Assembly (NCBI GenBank): GCA_052327205.1
Contig: CM126220.1
Span: forward strand, 39,804,001-39,868,000
From: Somniosus microcephalus
Lineage: Eukaryota
Length of the DNA: 64,000 nucleotides
Direction of reading: 5' to 3'
Shown piece after piece: positions 49,222-62,210 of the stretch (positions are counted from its first letter, which is position 1; the number at the start of each line of letters is the position of its first letter). Below the pieces are notes generated by a model that was not told where the DNA came from, did not search any database, and was given only the letters and a program-made list of their open reading frames with translations. A program made the translations under genes and the position numbers.

Positions 49222-49908
49222 GTTATAGACAGGCTAAGTGAGTGGGCAAACATTTGGCAGATGGAGTATAATGTGGGAAAGTGAGGGGCTATCCACTTTG
49301 GTAAGAAAAATAAAAAAGCAAATTATTTTTTAAATGGAGGAGATTACAAAATGCTGCAGTGCAGAGGGACCTGGGGGTCCTCATGCATGAAACACAAAAA
49401 GTTAGCATGCAGGTACAGTAAGTAATGAGGAAGGCAAATGGAATGTTGGCCTTTATTGCAAGGGGGTTGGAGTATAAAAGCAGGGAAGTCTTGCTACAAC
49501 CGTACAGGGTATTGGTGAGACCACACCTGCAGTACTGCATACAGTTTTGGTCTCCTTATTTAAGGAGGGATATACTTGCATTGGAGGCAGTTCAGAGAAG
49601 GTTCACGAGGTTGATTCCTGAGATGAAGGGGTTGACTTATGAAGAAAGGTTGAGCAGGTTGGGCCTATACTCATTGGAGTTTAGAAGAATGAGGTGATCT
49701 TATTGAAACATATAAAATACTGAGGGGGATTGACAAGGTAGATGCAGAGAAGATGTTTCCCCTCATGGGAGAATCTAGAACTAGGGGGGCATAGTTTCAG
49801 AATAAGGGGTCGCCCATTTAAAACAGAGACGAGAAGGAATTTCTTCTCAGAGGGTCGTTAATCTGTGGAATTCTCTGCCCCAGACAGCTGTGGAGGCTGG
49901 GTCATTGA
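49222..49908 (+). mobile_element. CR1-like LINE 3' fragment lacking its tail
   Basis: [17 protein letters not shown]...[18 protein letters not shown] motif. Confidence 0.88.
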
Positions 49909-49909
49909 A

Positions 49910-52900
49910 GCAGCTGATTGGGTGAGTACGGCTAGGTGAGTATTTATACTACTCTATAGTTTGACAGTTAAGATTAATAGTTTATAAAATTTAGAAGGTC
50001 TTAATTTTTGTGGTTATAGTTTCTAAGGTCCCTGTTGTGTATCAGGGAGTGCGAGTAACCAAGGGCCCTTGGGTATATCATTTAATTGTTGTGTAATTAG
50101 TGGTATTGATTTGATTTAATTTAAATTAATTAAAGGGTAAGTCATGGCAGGACAGCTCGGCCCTGTAGCTTGCGCCTGACATCGTGGATAACACGTTTAG
50201 GGAGTTGGTCACACCGCAGGTAAAGGCTGCACAGGCAGGAAGGGAATGTAGTAGGCGCAGGCAAGTACTGCAAGGGTCCCCTGTGGCCATCCTCCTCTCA
50301 AACAGATATACCAATTTGGATATTGTTGAGGGAGATGGCTTATCCGGGGAAGGCAGCAGCAGCCAACTTCCTGGCACTGTGGGTGGTTCTGCTGCATAGG
50401 ATGGGAGGAAAAAGAGCAGGATAGCTATAGTGATAGGGGATTCTATTGCAAGGGGAATAGATAGGCGTTTCTGCGGCCGCAAACGAGACTCCAGGATGGT
50501 ATGTTGCCTCCCTGGTGCAAGGGTCAAGGACGTCTCGGAGCGGCTGCAGGGCATTCTGGAGGGGGAGGGTGAACAGCCAGTTGTCGTGGTGCATATAGGT
50601 ACCAACGATATAGGTAAAAACAGGGATGAGGTCCTAAAAGCTGAATATAGGGAGATAGGAGGTAAATTAAAAAATAGGACCCCAAAAAGGTAGTACTCTC
50701 AGGATTGCTACCAGTGCCAAGTGCTAGTCAGAGTAGAAATAGAAGGTTATTTCAGATGAATACGTGGCTATAGGAATGGTGCAAGGGGGAGGGATTCAAA
50801 TTCCTGGGACATTGGAACCGGTTCTGGGGGGAGGTGGGACCAGTACAAACTGGATGGTTTGCACCTGGGCAGGACCGGGACCAATGTCCTAGGGGGAGTG
50901 TTTGCTAGTGCTGTTGGGGAGGGTTTAAACTAAAATGGCAGGGGGTTGGGAACTTATGCAGGGAGACAGAGGAAATGGAAGCAAGGATAGAAGCAAAAGA
51001 CAGGAAGGAGAAAAGCAAAAGTGGCAGTCAGAGAAATCAAGGGTTTAAAATCAAACATGGCCACAGTAAATAATAATACTAAAAGGTCTAAGAATGTTAA
51101 AAAAACAAGCCTGAAGGGCTTTGTGTCTTAATGCGAGGAGCATTCGTAATAAGGTGGATGAATTAGCTGCGCAAATAAATGTAAACGGGATTACGGAGAC
51201 ATAGCTCCAGGGTGACCAAGGCTGGGAATTCAACATCCAGGAAAGACTGGCAAAAAGGAAAAAGGAGGTGGGGTAGCATTGCTAGTTAAAGAGGAGATTA
51301 ACACAACAGTAAGGAAGGATATTCGCTCTGATGATGTGGAATCTGTATGGGTAGAGCTGAGAAATACCAAGGGGCAGAAAACGTTAGTGGGAGTTGTATA
51401 CAGACCCCCAAACAGTAATGCCGAGGTTGGGGATGGCATTAAATGGGAAATTAGAGATGCGTGCAATAAGGACACAGCAGTTATCATGGGTGACTTTAAT
51501 CTACATATAGGTTGGGCTAACCAAATTAGTAACAATACTGTGGAGGAGGAATTCCTGGAGTGTATACGGGATGGTTTCCTGGACCAATATGTTGAGGAAC
51601 CAACTAGAGATCAGGCGATCTTAGACTGGGTATTATGTAATGAGGATTAATTAGCAATCTTGTTGTGCAAGGCCCCTTGGGGCGGAGCGATCATAATATG
51701 ATCGAATTCTTTATTAAGATGGAGAGTGAAGTATATGACTCAGAGACTAGGGTCCTGAATTTAAATAAAGGAAACTACGATGGTATGAGGCGCGAGTTGG
51801 GTAGGATGGATTGGGGAATGTTACTTGAAGGGTTGACGGTGGATAGGCAATGGCAAACATTTAAAAAGCGCATGGATGAACTACAGAATTTGTTCATCCC
51901 AGTTTGGCACAAAAATAAAACAAAGAAGGTGACTCAACCGTGGCTAACAAGGAAAATTAGGGATAGCATAAGATCCAAGGAGAGGACATATAAATTGGCC
52001 AGAAAAAGCAGCAAACCTGAGGATTGGGAGCGGTTTAGAATTCAGCAAAGGGATTAATTAAGAGGGGGAAAGAGAGTATGAGAGTAAGCTTGCAGGGAAC
52101 ATAAAAACTGACTGTAAAAGCTTCTATAGATATGTGAAGAGAAAAAGATTGGTGAAGTCAAGCGTAGATCCCTTGCAGTCAGAATCAGGGGAATTTATAA
52201 TGGGGAACAAAGAAATGGCAGACCAATTAAATACATACTTTGGTTCCGTCTTCACAAAGGAGGACACAAATAACCTCCCAGAGATGTCGGGGAACATAGG
52301 GTCTAATGAGAGGGAGAAACGGAATGAAATCAGTATTTGTAGGGAAATGCTGTTAGGGAAATTGACGGGATTGAAGGCCGATAAATCCACAGGGCCTGAT
52401 AATCTACATCCTAGGGTACTTAAGGAAGTGGCCCCAGAAATAGTAGATGCATTGCTGGTCATTTTCCAAAATTCTATACACTCTGGAACAGTTGCCATGG
52501 ATTGAAGGGTAGCTAATGTAACCCCACTATTCGGAAAAGGTGGTAGAGATAAAACGGGGAATTATAGACCGGTAAGCCTGACATTGGTAGAGGGGAAAAT
52601 GCTAGAGTCCATTATAAAAGATGTAATAGCAGAGCACTTGGAAAACAGTGACAGGATCGGACAAAGTCAACATGGATTTACAAAAGGTAAATCGTGCTCG
52701 ACTAATCTATTGGAATTTTTTTGAGGATGTAACTGGTAGAATAGATAAGGGAGAACCAGTGGATGTGGTGTATTTGGACTTTCAGAAGGCTTTCGATAAG
52801 ATCCAGCATAAGAGATTAGTGTGTAAAGTTAAAGAACATGGGATTGGGGGTAAGGTACTGACTTGGATAGAGAACTGGTTGGCAGACAGGAAGCAAAGAG

Positions 52901-53940
52901 TTGGAATAAATGGGTCTTTTTCCAAGTGGCAGGCAGTGACTAGTGGGGTACCGCAGGGATCGGTGCTAGGACCCCAGCTATTCACAATATATATTAATGA
53001 TCTAGACGAGGGAACTAGATGTAATATCTCCAAGTTTGCAGATGACACAAAGCTGGGTGGGCATGTGTGCTGTGAGGAGGAGGTCGAGAAACTCCAGTAT
53101 GATTTGGACAGGATGGGCGATTGGGCAGATGCAGTATAATGTGGATAAATGCGAGGTTATCCACTTTGGTGGCAAAAACAGGAAGGCAGATTATTATCTT
53201 ACCAGCAATAGATTGGGAGAAGGGGAAGTGCAACGAGACCTGGGTGTCCTTGTGCACCAGTCGCTGAAGGTAAACATGCAGGTGCAGCAGGTGGTTAAGG
53301 CGGCAAATGGTATGTTGGCCTTCATAGCGAGAGGATTCGAGTACAGGAGCAAGGATGTCTTGCTGCAGTTGTACAGGGCCTTGGTGAGACCACACCTCGA
53401 GTATTGTGTGCAGTTTTGCTCGCCTTATCTGAGGAAGGATGTTCTTGCCCTGGAGGGAGTGCAGCGAAGGTTCACCAGACTGATACCTGGGATGGCAGGA
53501 ATGACATGAGGAGAGATTGGGTCGATTGGGCTTATATTCACTGGAGTTTAGAAGAATGAGAGGGGATCTCATTGAAACTTATAAAATTCTAACAGGACTA
53601 GACAGACTAGATGCAGGAAGGATGTTCCCGTTGGCAGGGGAGTCCAGAACCAGGGATCACAGTCTAAAGATAAAGGGTAAGTCATTTAGGACAGAGATGA
53701 GGAGGAATTTCTTCACCCAGAGAGTGGTGAACCTGTGGAATTCTCTACCACAAAAGGCAGTGGAGGCCAATTCATTAAATATATTCAAGAAGGAGTTGGA
53801 TATATTTCTTAAGGCTAAAGGGATCAAGTGATATGGGGAGAAAGCAGGGACAGGGTACTGAATTTGGATGATCAGCCATGATCCCATTAAATGGCGGAGC
53901 AGGCTCGAGTGGCCAAATGGCCTACTCCTATTTCTTATGT
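49910..53940 (+). mobile_element. Near full-length CR1 LINE: ORF1 with SGNH esterase domain, ORF2 APE endonuclease + RT; inactivated
   Basis: IGDSI..CLPGA..HIGTND (esterase); VYRPP, MGDFN, SDHN (APE); [33 protein letters not shown] (RT); stops and frameshifts; intact 3' tail. Confidence 0.95.
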
Positions 53941-54089
53941 ATTATTCTATAGGCATGGTCTCAAATCAGAAAATAAACCACAAAATTTAAACTAAAACTG
54001 ATTTTTTTTTTTTTATAAATAAAGAGCCCAGGAACATCTTGAATACAGACAAGTAGACAATAAATTACATCATGTAGTTGCAAGAATAC

Positions 54090-54305
54090 CTGGACCTGTT
54101 CCACTTGCTTCTTCAGTTCTTCTACCAGTTTTTCCCTTTCTTTATTGTCCTCCTGAGAGCTCTTTAGTGTTTGCTTGGTTTCCTGTAGGTCCTGCTGGAG
54201 CTCTTTAACTCGAGTACCATTGTTAGCATTTATTTCTGAAAGGACTTTCTCATGACTGCTTTGCAGCTCCTTATTGTGTACGCTGTGCATCTCCACCTGC
54301 CTTTG
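54090..54305 (-). CDS. CLIP1: CLIP1 exon, 216 nt, phase 0-0 (QRQVEMHSVHNKEL...KKQVEQVQ)
   Basis: cccacag|CAA ... CAG|gtattc; 72 aa, the same length as the recalled human EKKMETS...QADKAK segment. Confidence 0.9.
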
Positions 54306-54952
54306 CTGTGGGAATCAACAAACAATTAGAACAGCCCTTGCAATTTCCATCCTCACAAAAATATAGCAAAACACCGCAGCATAAGCTTCTCAGACACCTA
54401 AAACTGTGTATATAACTTTTCTAAATATGAGAGAGGATGGATCTTAAAAAAATGTGAACTTGCAGAGCAAGTAAAAGTGCAGTACAGAAGGAAATGAAGA
54501 TGCCATTTCTGCAAATGTTAAGAAAGTGTAAGACTTTAAAATCAGGTAGCCATTTGCCAGTATGTTCTGTTTCGTTCATACATTTGCCTGATTATTTATG
54601 ATATTGATAATATGCTGTATATTTGAGGTGGAATATTAACCAGCACAAAAGATCCCACATTCAAATGAATCACTAATTCACAAAGTATTGAGATGCTCTT
54701 TATTTACACTTGATAAATCTGAACTGTATAAATTTAAAACAATTATACAATAACTGCATGAAATAGTAGTTGATAAGGTTCTGTGAACAACATTTTTAAT
54801 GTAATAAAGTTGGTTAAATTGTATTTTTAAGAGTAGACATTTAAAATGCTGCACAGACAGTACTTTCCTGTTCAGAAGGTTATAACTTTTTGGGAAACAT
54901 TCAAGCTTATTCAAAGCCGGTACTAAAAGAACATCTGAATAATTGTTCGTAC

Positions 54953-55118
54953 CAGGTCTGTCATTTTCTTCAGTATTGCTTTAAGCTCAATCTGGTGTTT
55001 CTGTAGCTCCTCCTGCTGGGTCTGTTCTGTTTTACGTGTGATTTGCTCCAAATTTTCCTGCAAACAGGCAATCTTTTCATTGGATTGACGATACAGAGCT
55101 TGTAGTTCATCCTGCTTC
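54953..55118 (-). CDS. CLIP1: CLIP1 exon, 166 nt, phase 2-0 (KQDELQALYRQSNE...KKMTDL)
   Basis: ctttag|G ... CTG|gtacga; open frame, consistent phases. Confidence 0.9.
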
Positions 55119-55585
55119 CTAAAGACAAAAAAGCAATGCTTTTATTTGATTAATCGGCAAACAGCTATATAGAGTAGCAAAAGAAATGTCTAACAAAAGA
55201 CAAAAAAAACCATAAAAATAATGAAACAATAAAAAAAATGCAACCCTAACATCAGCAAAATTGTTCTCAAGTCCCAAGTTTGTCCCTGACATTGTCAGTC
55301 TTGTTACAGTATGTACAAGTCTGGTGATGAAATGTTTGTCCATTGCAACCTACATGTAACATGATTCCATTGTACTGTTTTCTCTTCTGGACACTAAAAT
55401 ATAAATTAATAAAGTTTCACTGATATGAACTAGCTTCTAAACATTTTTACAAACAACTTTTATTAAGGGACATTAGAAATCAGTTTTACAGGCTTGGCAA
55501 GTCAAGAATAAATCATTTGCTCAACATCAATAGCTCAACATCAATAAACATTCATAGTAATCACAATCAAATTTCAGCAAGGTAC

Positions 55586-55742
55586 CTTTCTTTGTCTTTC
55601 AGCTCTTCATTCATTTTTGTGAGCTGAGCAGAGTTATCCCCCGAAGACTTCATCATCTCGGAGATGGTATTCTCAAGTTTGGATTTATCCTCAGCTAGTT
55701 GTTCAGCCTTTTCCTCCTCAACTTTCATTTTTCTCTCCACAG
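55586..55742 (-). CDS. CLIP1: CLIP1 exon, 157 nt, phase 1-2 (AVERKMKVEEE...SGDNSAQLTKMNEELKDKER)
   Basis: catcag|CT ... AAG|gtacct; contains the conserved SGDNSxQLTKMNxEL motif. Confidence 0.94.
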
Positions 55743-56585
55743 CTGATGAAAGCAGAATCCAACACACAGAAAAATGTAAACAGTAACGTGTAAAATATGT
55801 CGTACAAAAAGTGATAAAAATCTTTCAAGAATCCAAATATCTCGAGAAGAAAGGATCACAAGTGTACAAATATTTCTGGAAATTAAAAGGGCAGATTTTC
55901 ACAAATGTTACACTTATTCGTACTGGGACCAAAGACACAGGTTAGCCATGTGTAAATGCCTATTTTACACCACTATTAAACATTTGAGCAGTTTTGGTAT
56001 AGTGCAAATTCTTTGTGTAGGAGGTTAAATGAATATTTATGCACTGTGGTTTAATTTTATTAATTTATTCAATTTGAAAGTCTGTTCCTTTAATTTAATT
56101 CAACTCAGGATTTTGTAACAGCAATCATGACTTAGAAGGAGATCCTGCCTAAAAAACTCCTGTACTTTGAGGACGTTACAGATCAAATAGATAATAGAAC
56201 TCGATACAGTACTGTTTATTTTGACTTTCAGAAAGCTTTTGACAAAGTCTCACAGGAAAGGCTCAACTTCTGCTTCTCCTTGGCAGCCTCACTGCCTCCA
56301 CAAGCTACAGCTCACTCAGAATGCCACAACTTGCACTAAGTCCCATATTACTATCACACCAGTCCTTGCTAAGCTCCTCTGGCTCCCTATGCCCTTGTGA
56401 ATTGATAAATTCTCCTGCTTGCTTTAAAATCCTTCAATGCTTTATCCCGCCCTATCTCTGATCTCTTCCAGCTATACAACCCACGTACACTATCTGGCTC
56501 TTCCGACACTGTCTTATTCCCTGGTGGCCACTGTAAGTCACTATGCTCCTACCCTCTGGACCTCCCTCCACCTTACCATCTCCTA

Positions 56586-56690
56586 AATAACAGAAAATGC
56601 TGGAAAAACTCAGCAGGCCAGGCAACATCCGTGGAGAGAAATTAGAATCGACGTTTCGGGTCAAACCCTTTTTCAAAACTGGAAAGGAAA
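56586..56690 (-). mobile_element. Penelope terminal-repeat fragment
   Basis: Reverse complement of about 31000-31105, including a decayed hammerhead-like segment (gggtttgacccgaaacgtc). Confidence 0.7.
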
Positions 56691-57069
56691 TGAAATAGAT
56701 CGAAAGGCAGGGCTGGGAGAGAACTCTCCTACTGTTTTCAAAAATATCCTAAACATGCCTCCTTTCTGAATCTTTCCATTTCCCCTCTCGCTCCTCTTCA
56801 GAATTTATTTTTGCCTTCTGCCCTGTAAAGCGCTCAGAGGCTTGCCAGTCCTATTTGTCAAAGGAAACAAAGATGAAGGGAGACAAATAACATTAAGATG
56901 GGACCAATGTCAGGTCACCAAACAGTACCACCCATAGCATGGTGGACTGTTCAGAGGTTTCAATTTGAAATCTCAGCTTCAACTGACAGTCAGATTGGGT
57001 GATTAATCGGACACTAAATTAGGGTGTGCAATCATTTAGACACAAGTAAGTACTTCACAAATTACTCAC

Positions 57070-57153
57070 CAGAAAGCTGAGATTTTAGCTCCTCTAACTC
57101 AGACGAAAGTGAAATGTTTCCCTCCTCTTTCACATTGAGTTCTGAAAGTGTTT
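57070..57153 (-). CDS. CLIP1: CLIP1 exon, 84 nt, phase 1-1 (ETLSELNVKEEGNISLSSELEELKSQLS)
   Basis: aattag|AA ... CTG|gtgagt; similar to human [28 protein letters not shown]. Confidence 0.9.
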
Positions 57154-57589
57154 CTAATTATAAAAATGGAACATTAAAATATTTTAATATGCATAAGAAC
57201 ATGGGATAACATTTTCAAACATTTTTCAACATTAGTTTTGCCCAAAAGGTTGAGGAATAGCTATTACCCTTTCAAAAACATCCAACGATATATCTGCACA
57301 AATTACCTACACCAGATTTCCACCGGCCACGATCGGTACTCACGCTGGAGGACGGTTCCATGGGCGCTGGTAACTCACTCAACTGACCACCTTCAGGTGT
57401 GAGCCTACACAAGAGGGTCAGCAGGCTAGTCAATTATAAGGGTCACATCCCAGATTCTCAGGCAACCCTGATCCAAATGCCCACACATTCCAGCATGCAG
57501 TCACTGGATAGTGATCAGCAATTGGTATCCTGTCTATTTTCTGCTCCATAGCATCGCAGAAACAGGCAATATGACCCATCACGTTTGTG

Positions 57590-58625
57590 TCATTGTTTTT
57601 CTCCACAAAAGCTACGCAGTCTAATCCCATTTTCCTGCTCGCTCGCCATACCTTTTAAATATTCCTCCTTTTCAAGCCACTAGCTAAATTCCTTTTAAAA
57701 GAATTTATAGACTTGACTTCAACAATGATTTGTGGCGCAGAATTCCACATTCTCACCGTCCTCGTGTAAATAAGTTTTTTCTAATCGGCCCTTTAATTCT
57801 GTGTGTGTGCGCCCTCCTGTTACTGTCTCACTGATCACAGAAACATCACAGCCCTTCATAATTGTGAAAACCTTTATTAAGTGACCTTCTCAGCTCTTGT
57901 GAAAAAGCCCTAATTTCCTAAGTCTCTCAATATCTGTAACTGCTCATCCCGAGTAACATCCGAGTGAATCTACGCTGCGCCTTTTCTATTGCCTTTATAG
58001 CTTTCCTATAGCAGGGTGTCCAAAACTGCAAACAATATTCCAACACCAGCCGAACTAAGATCTTGGAAAGTTCAACATTACCTCCTTGTTTTTGTACTCT
58101 ATAGCTCTACATACAACTCAATGATTCCATTTTCATTTGTGGCCTTACCTTCTCATGCTGCCATCCCTTATTTGCCTACGTAACTGCATACCAAGGTCCC
58201 TCTACTCACCCATTAAAATCTTACCATTTGTGGTACATTTCCTTACCCTATTCTTACTTCCAAAATGAATTACACATTTTCTACCTTGAACTGCATTTAC
58301 CACCTACCTGCCCATCCTGCTACCATACGTCGACCTGCAGTCTTTCACGATCTTCATCTCAACATGCCATACCCCCAATCTGGTGTCATCAGCAAATTTT
58401 GACAGTGTTCCCTTAACTTCCAAGTCCAAATATTATATATATAGTAGAGCAGCCTCAACACAGACCCCAGTGGAATCACTGCATCTTTCCAGTCTGAGAA
58501 ACTTCCAGTTAACCTGACTGTTCACTTTCTGCCCTCCAACCATCTCTTTATCCATGTGGCCACATTCCCTTCAATTCCACGCACCATTATCTTTGCTATA
58601 AATCTCTTATGCGGTACCTTAACAA
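57590..58625 (-). mobile_element. Old CR1-like LINE 3' portion
   Basis: aattccacattctcacc, ggtgtcatcagcaaattt (FADDT on the minus strand), gaccccagtggaa; heavily mutated. Confidence 0.7.
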
Positions 58626-58678
58626 ATTCAATCAGGGGAGCCCTTCACAATTTCCTCCTTTAAACAAGTTTAATTTAC

Positions 58679-58736
58679 CTAGTATGGTCTGCTGCAGTTT
58701 CTGCTGTGTCTCTGATGTGTTGTCAAGCTTTTCTTT
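58679..58736 (-). CDS. CLIP1: CLIP1 exon, 58 nt, phase 0-1 (KEKLDNTSETQQKLQQTIL)
   Basis: cttcag|AAA ... CTAG|gtaaat; the phase fits both neighbours; human counterpart KEKFAEASEE... Confidence 0.88.
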
Positions 58737-59474
58737 CTGAAGTGAGCAAACCACATTAAAAAAAAGTTTCAAAAGTCATGTTATCCCAGGCCAATAAATT
58801 AATGGTACTCCATCATTGCTCAAGAGAAGATAGATTTTAAAAAAACAGAAATTTACTAGTGTAAAAGTGATTTCATACAGTAATACTTAAAATATGCATG
58901 TTGTTATAATCACAAAATAAGTTTTGATAACCTTTATTTCTATTTATTCCTATCTAGGCAACACAAAATACCGTAAGTTACAGATCCAGGAAGTCTTATT
59001 TTCATCCATCTTGACAACATACTTTCTCTAATAAGTTACTGCTCAAACTGAAATATTGTTACTGCTTTTCATTTACAACATGGGACAGAACCAGACCAAA
59101 TTCTTGAAGTAGACGTAGGATTTAAAAAAAAAAAAAAAAATCGGGGTCAAATTTTACTCTCAAGAAATTTACCCTATTCTCAAATACTGGTAAACAAGGA
59201 TGCAAAACAATAATTATTAAACTACAGGCATTATCTTGTAGATGATGGCGACTCTCTGCGCGTCCTCAATAAGCGCGACCATAACTAGCAACTAACAAGG
59301 ATTGATTGTTCTCTTAATTATTTGACAAGAAACTAACAGTTGTAATTGTTCCCCTGACAAATATCCACATTTGAGAAGGTTGACAGAAAAACTGACACCT
59401 ACCTTATGTAGCGTCTCATTCTTGCTTCAAACTGATTTTTTGATACAGACAATGAAGTGCAATGAGCCACTTAC

Positions 59475-59591
59475 CATGGAATGCAGTTGCTGCTCCAAAG
59501 TTTGCTTATCCTGGCTCACTACAGCCAAGCTTTGCTCCAGATTAGCAACTGACTGATCTCGTTCCTCAAGCTGTTTGGCCAATTCAGTAAC
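59475..59591 (-). CDS. CLIP1: CLIP1 exon, 117 nt, phase 0-0 (VTELAKQLEERDQ...QQLHSM)
   Basis: ttattag|GTT ... ATG|gtaagt; 39 aa open frame, similar to human ASSITRELQGRE...ELQIL. Confidence 0.9.
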
Positions 59592-60702
59592 CTAATAACA
59601 AGCATGCAAATTCATGGCAAAAATAAAAAAAGTAAAAGGGATGAATGTGCTGAAAAAACAAGAAATCAGGAATAAACTGAAAAAAGTGATAAAATACAAA
59701 TTTAAAGCTGCAATATCCAAAATAATTCACTGAAGTTTTAGTATTAAGTCCAATTTGAGTTGTTCGAACAAGACAGAAAGACAGACCAAATGTATAAGAC
59801 CAGAATAAAAACATACATGTTTATATATGGTTTACCTATGAATATATTAAACTGTTCCAAATGATTTATCATTTATTGTAAATTTCAGTTTCTCAGGCTC
59901 TGCAACATCAGTAACAACTCAGGTAGGTTGGTTAGATTCTACACCACAATTCGAGAATGATGTAAGCTGGTCAACATAAAGAAAGTAAGAAATGCTAAAT
60001 AAATGTTCAAGACCATTTTCTCTGTATTTAAACATTCTTCCCATAAAATAACTGGTTTCTTACTAAAAAGGTCAAACACAATGTTCATCTTGAATAATGC
60101 AGCTTTGATTTAGCAGCAAAAACTAATATAGATGTAACAAGCAGAAATTTGTATTTTAATTTTAATCAAAAACAAAATGGAAATGTGGATAAATCAATAC
60201 ATTACAGGCAAACATTTGCCATGCAACAATTTGGCAATGAAGAGAGAGAGTCAGAGTCTAACACATAGCACAAGTAGATCCATTATATTTTACCCCATTA
60301 TCGAATACAACTGAAATCAGCAGCTTACTCCTCCCAATTTAGAGCTCCTCTTAGCAAAATTAAGACTAACTGAAATATTTCTATATCTATATTCTAATGA
60401 AAGAAGAATTGGATGGTGTTACTCCATGGAAAATAAATTAGACAAGTAACTAGCAGTTCTGCTATTGGACCAATATGGACATGATGCAGTAGTTTAGTTC
60501 TTTTTCAGTAAGTATTACAAAATAGACACTGAAATGTACAATATTTTAGTATAGTTTGTATGAATATTGTATATTCATTTAGTATCTTTCACAATGATGT
60601 GCTGATATGTAACTGGATGCATATTTAACAGGGAAGTCGTTTACGGGAACTCTCTCATTTAGATTATGTTTTTGAATCACAGTTCAAATTCAAACTTAGA
60701 TA

Positions 60703-61015
60703 CAGGTAGACTACCCTTTATCTGAACTTCCGAAAACCGAAACCCTCTAAAAACCGAAGGTTTTTTCGTTCAGCGTTAAGTCCAGCGTAAGTCGCGCGCA
60801 CGACCCCCCGCGGACCCCCGCCGGCCCCGACCCCTGCCGACTTACGCTGAGCGTCAGCGTAAGTCGTGCGCACGACCCCCCCGCCGACCCCGACCGTAAG
60901 TCGGCGGGGGGTTGGGCGCACGACCCCCCGCCGACCCACCTTCCGAAATCCGAAATTCTCCGAAAACCGAAACACGGCTGGTCCAGAGGTTTTCGGATAA
61001 AGGATAGTCTACCTG
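60703..61015. mobile_element. Tc1/mariner (Tigger-like) MITE, 313 bp
   Basis: TA TSD (60701-60702, 61016-61017); 24-bp TIRs caggtagacta(c/t)cctttatc(t/c)gaa with 2 mismatches; GC-rich internal repeats. Confidence 0.92.
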
Positions 61016-62210
61016 TATTCAAAAATTGCTACAACTAAAGGAAGTAAATCTTCAAAAATGTGTAATAGTGGCTATGCATTTGTAAGTGTCCATATTGCAG
61101 TAATGTAATGGTTCAGAATTTTGGAATTGTTTACATTTACCATATCGATACATGCAAAACTCTCAGCTAGCTAAATATAAGCAGTCATTTATGTAGGAAA
61201 GAGATAATGCAGTTTCTAAACTTATTGAGATGACAAGTAAGTTGTTACAGGCACATGAACATAGGCGGGTTTCAATGTTTTGTTTAAATTTTAACTCTAG
61301 TAACACACCTAGAACTGTCTGCAAGTACACAGACACTTGCTTAGCAGAGACACACATTCCCCATATTGGAATATTGCATGACAATTTCAATATTTCTTAA
61401 TTAAAAAAGGTAGCAGGCACAGCCTACATAAGAGTATTTTTTGTGACTACGGAAACACTTTGTGGAATAACAATTGTGTCATACTATTCCTACACTATCC
61501 TTATTCTGGACAAATACGCCTCTGCTATGCACACGACATACAATAATGCACTAGAAATGATCCTGACTCCCAATTTCAATGCCAACTCTACATGTTACAC
61601 ATGATAACCAGGGACTGTAGAAACCTGTGGATATTATTTTGTTCTTGAAAAGATTTGAGAATTCACTTTTATTTCTCTCCCCCACCCCCCCAAAGAAATT
61701 CCTCAATTTAACAGCCTTATAATAAAAATGGAACAAATATGACCTCTTGCAATTTTATGCCCAACTGAAGTCAGAGACTAATTTGTCAAAAACGTCTGTT
61801 CCAACAGACTAAATGAGCATCATATTCACTCACAGAAAAGAAAAAATATCTGGATTCTTAAAATCACAGATTTGTGTTGCAAAAACTGCAAGGCTTTTTA
61901 ACGTGATTTTGAATTAAAAGCTCATGAATCAAACGAAACAAAAAGGTCAGCATTTGTATTATGCCTTTATTTTTATTTTTTAAAAAAGGTAATGGACATT
62001 TATAGTTTTTTTTTGTAAGGAAACGTCTTTCAAATTTCACAAAACGAATTCTAAAAATTTAACCAAAAAACTTACCACAGATTTCTATTACCCAGAGTTA
62101 TTTTTATGGATGCTTTTTGATTTAAAAAAATCAATTAATAAACCAAATCAAAACTTGAAAAGGGGATAAAAATGGTAGTAAAATAAAATGATGGAAAGAT
62201 AGATACAAAC

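Noticed and set aside
59403-59474. Alternative downstream donor (AAG|gtaggt) extending the 117-nt exon
   Set aside because: The extension contains an in-frame TGA and has no other support.
62148-62210. Hydrophobic C-terminus (VCIYLSIILFYY...) as a transmembrane anchor
   Set aside because: It is intron read-through past the AAG|gtttgt donor, and the next exon continues in frame.
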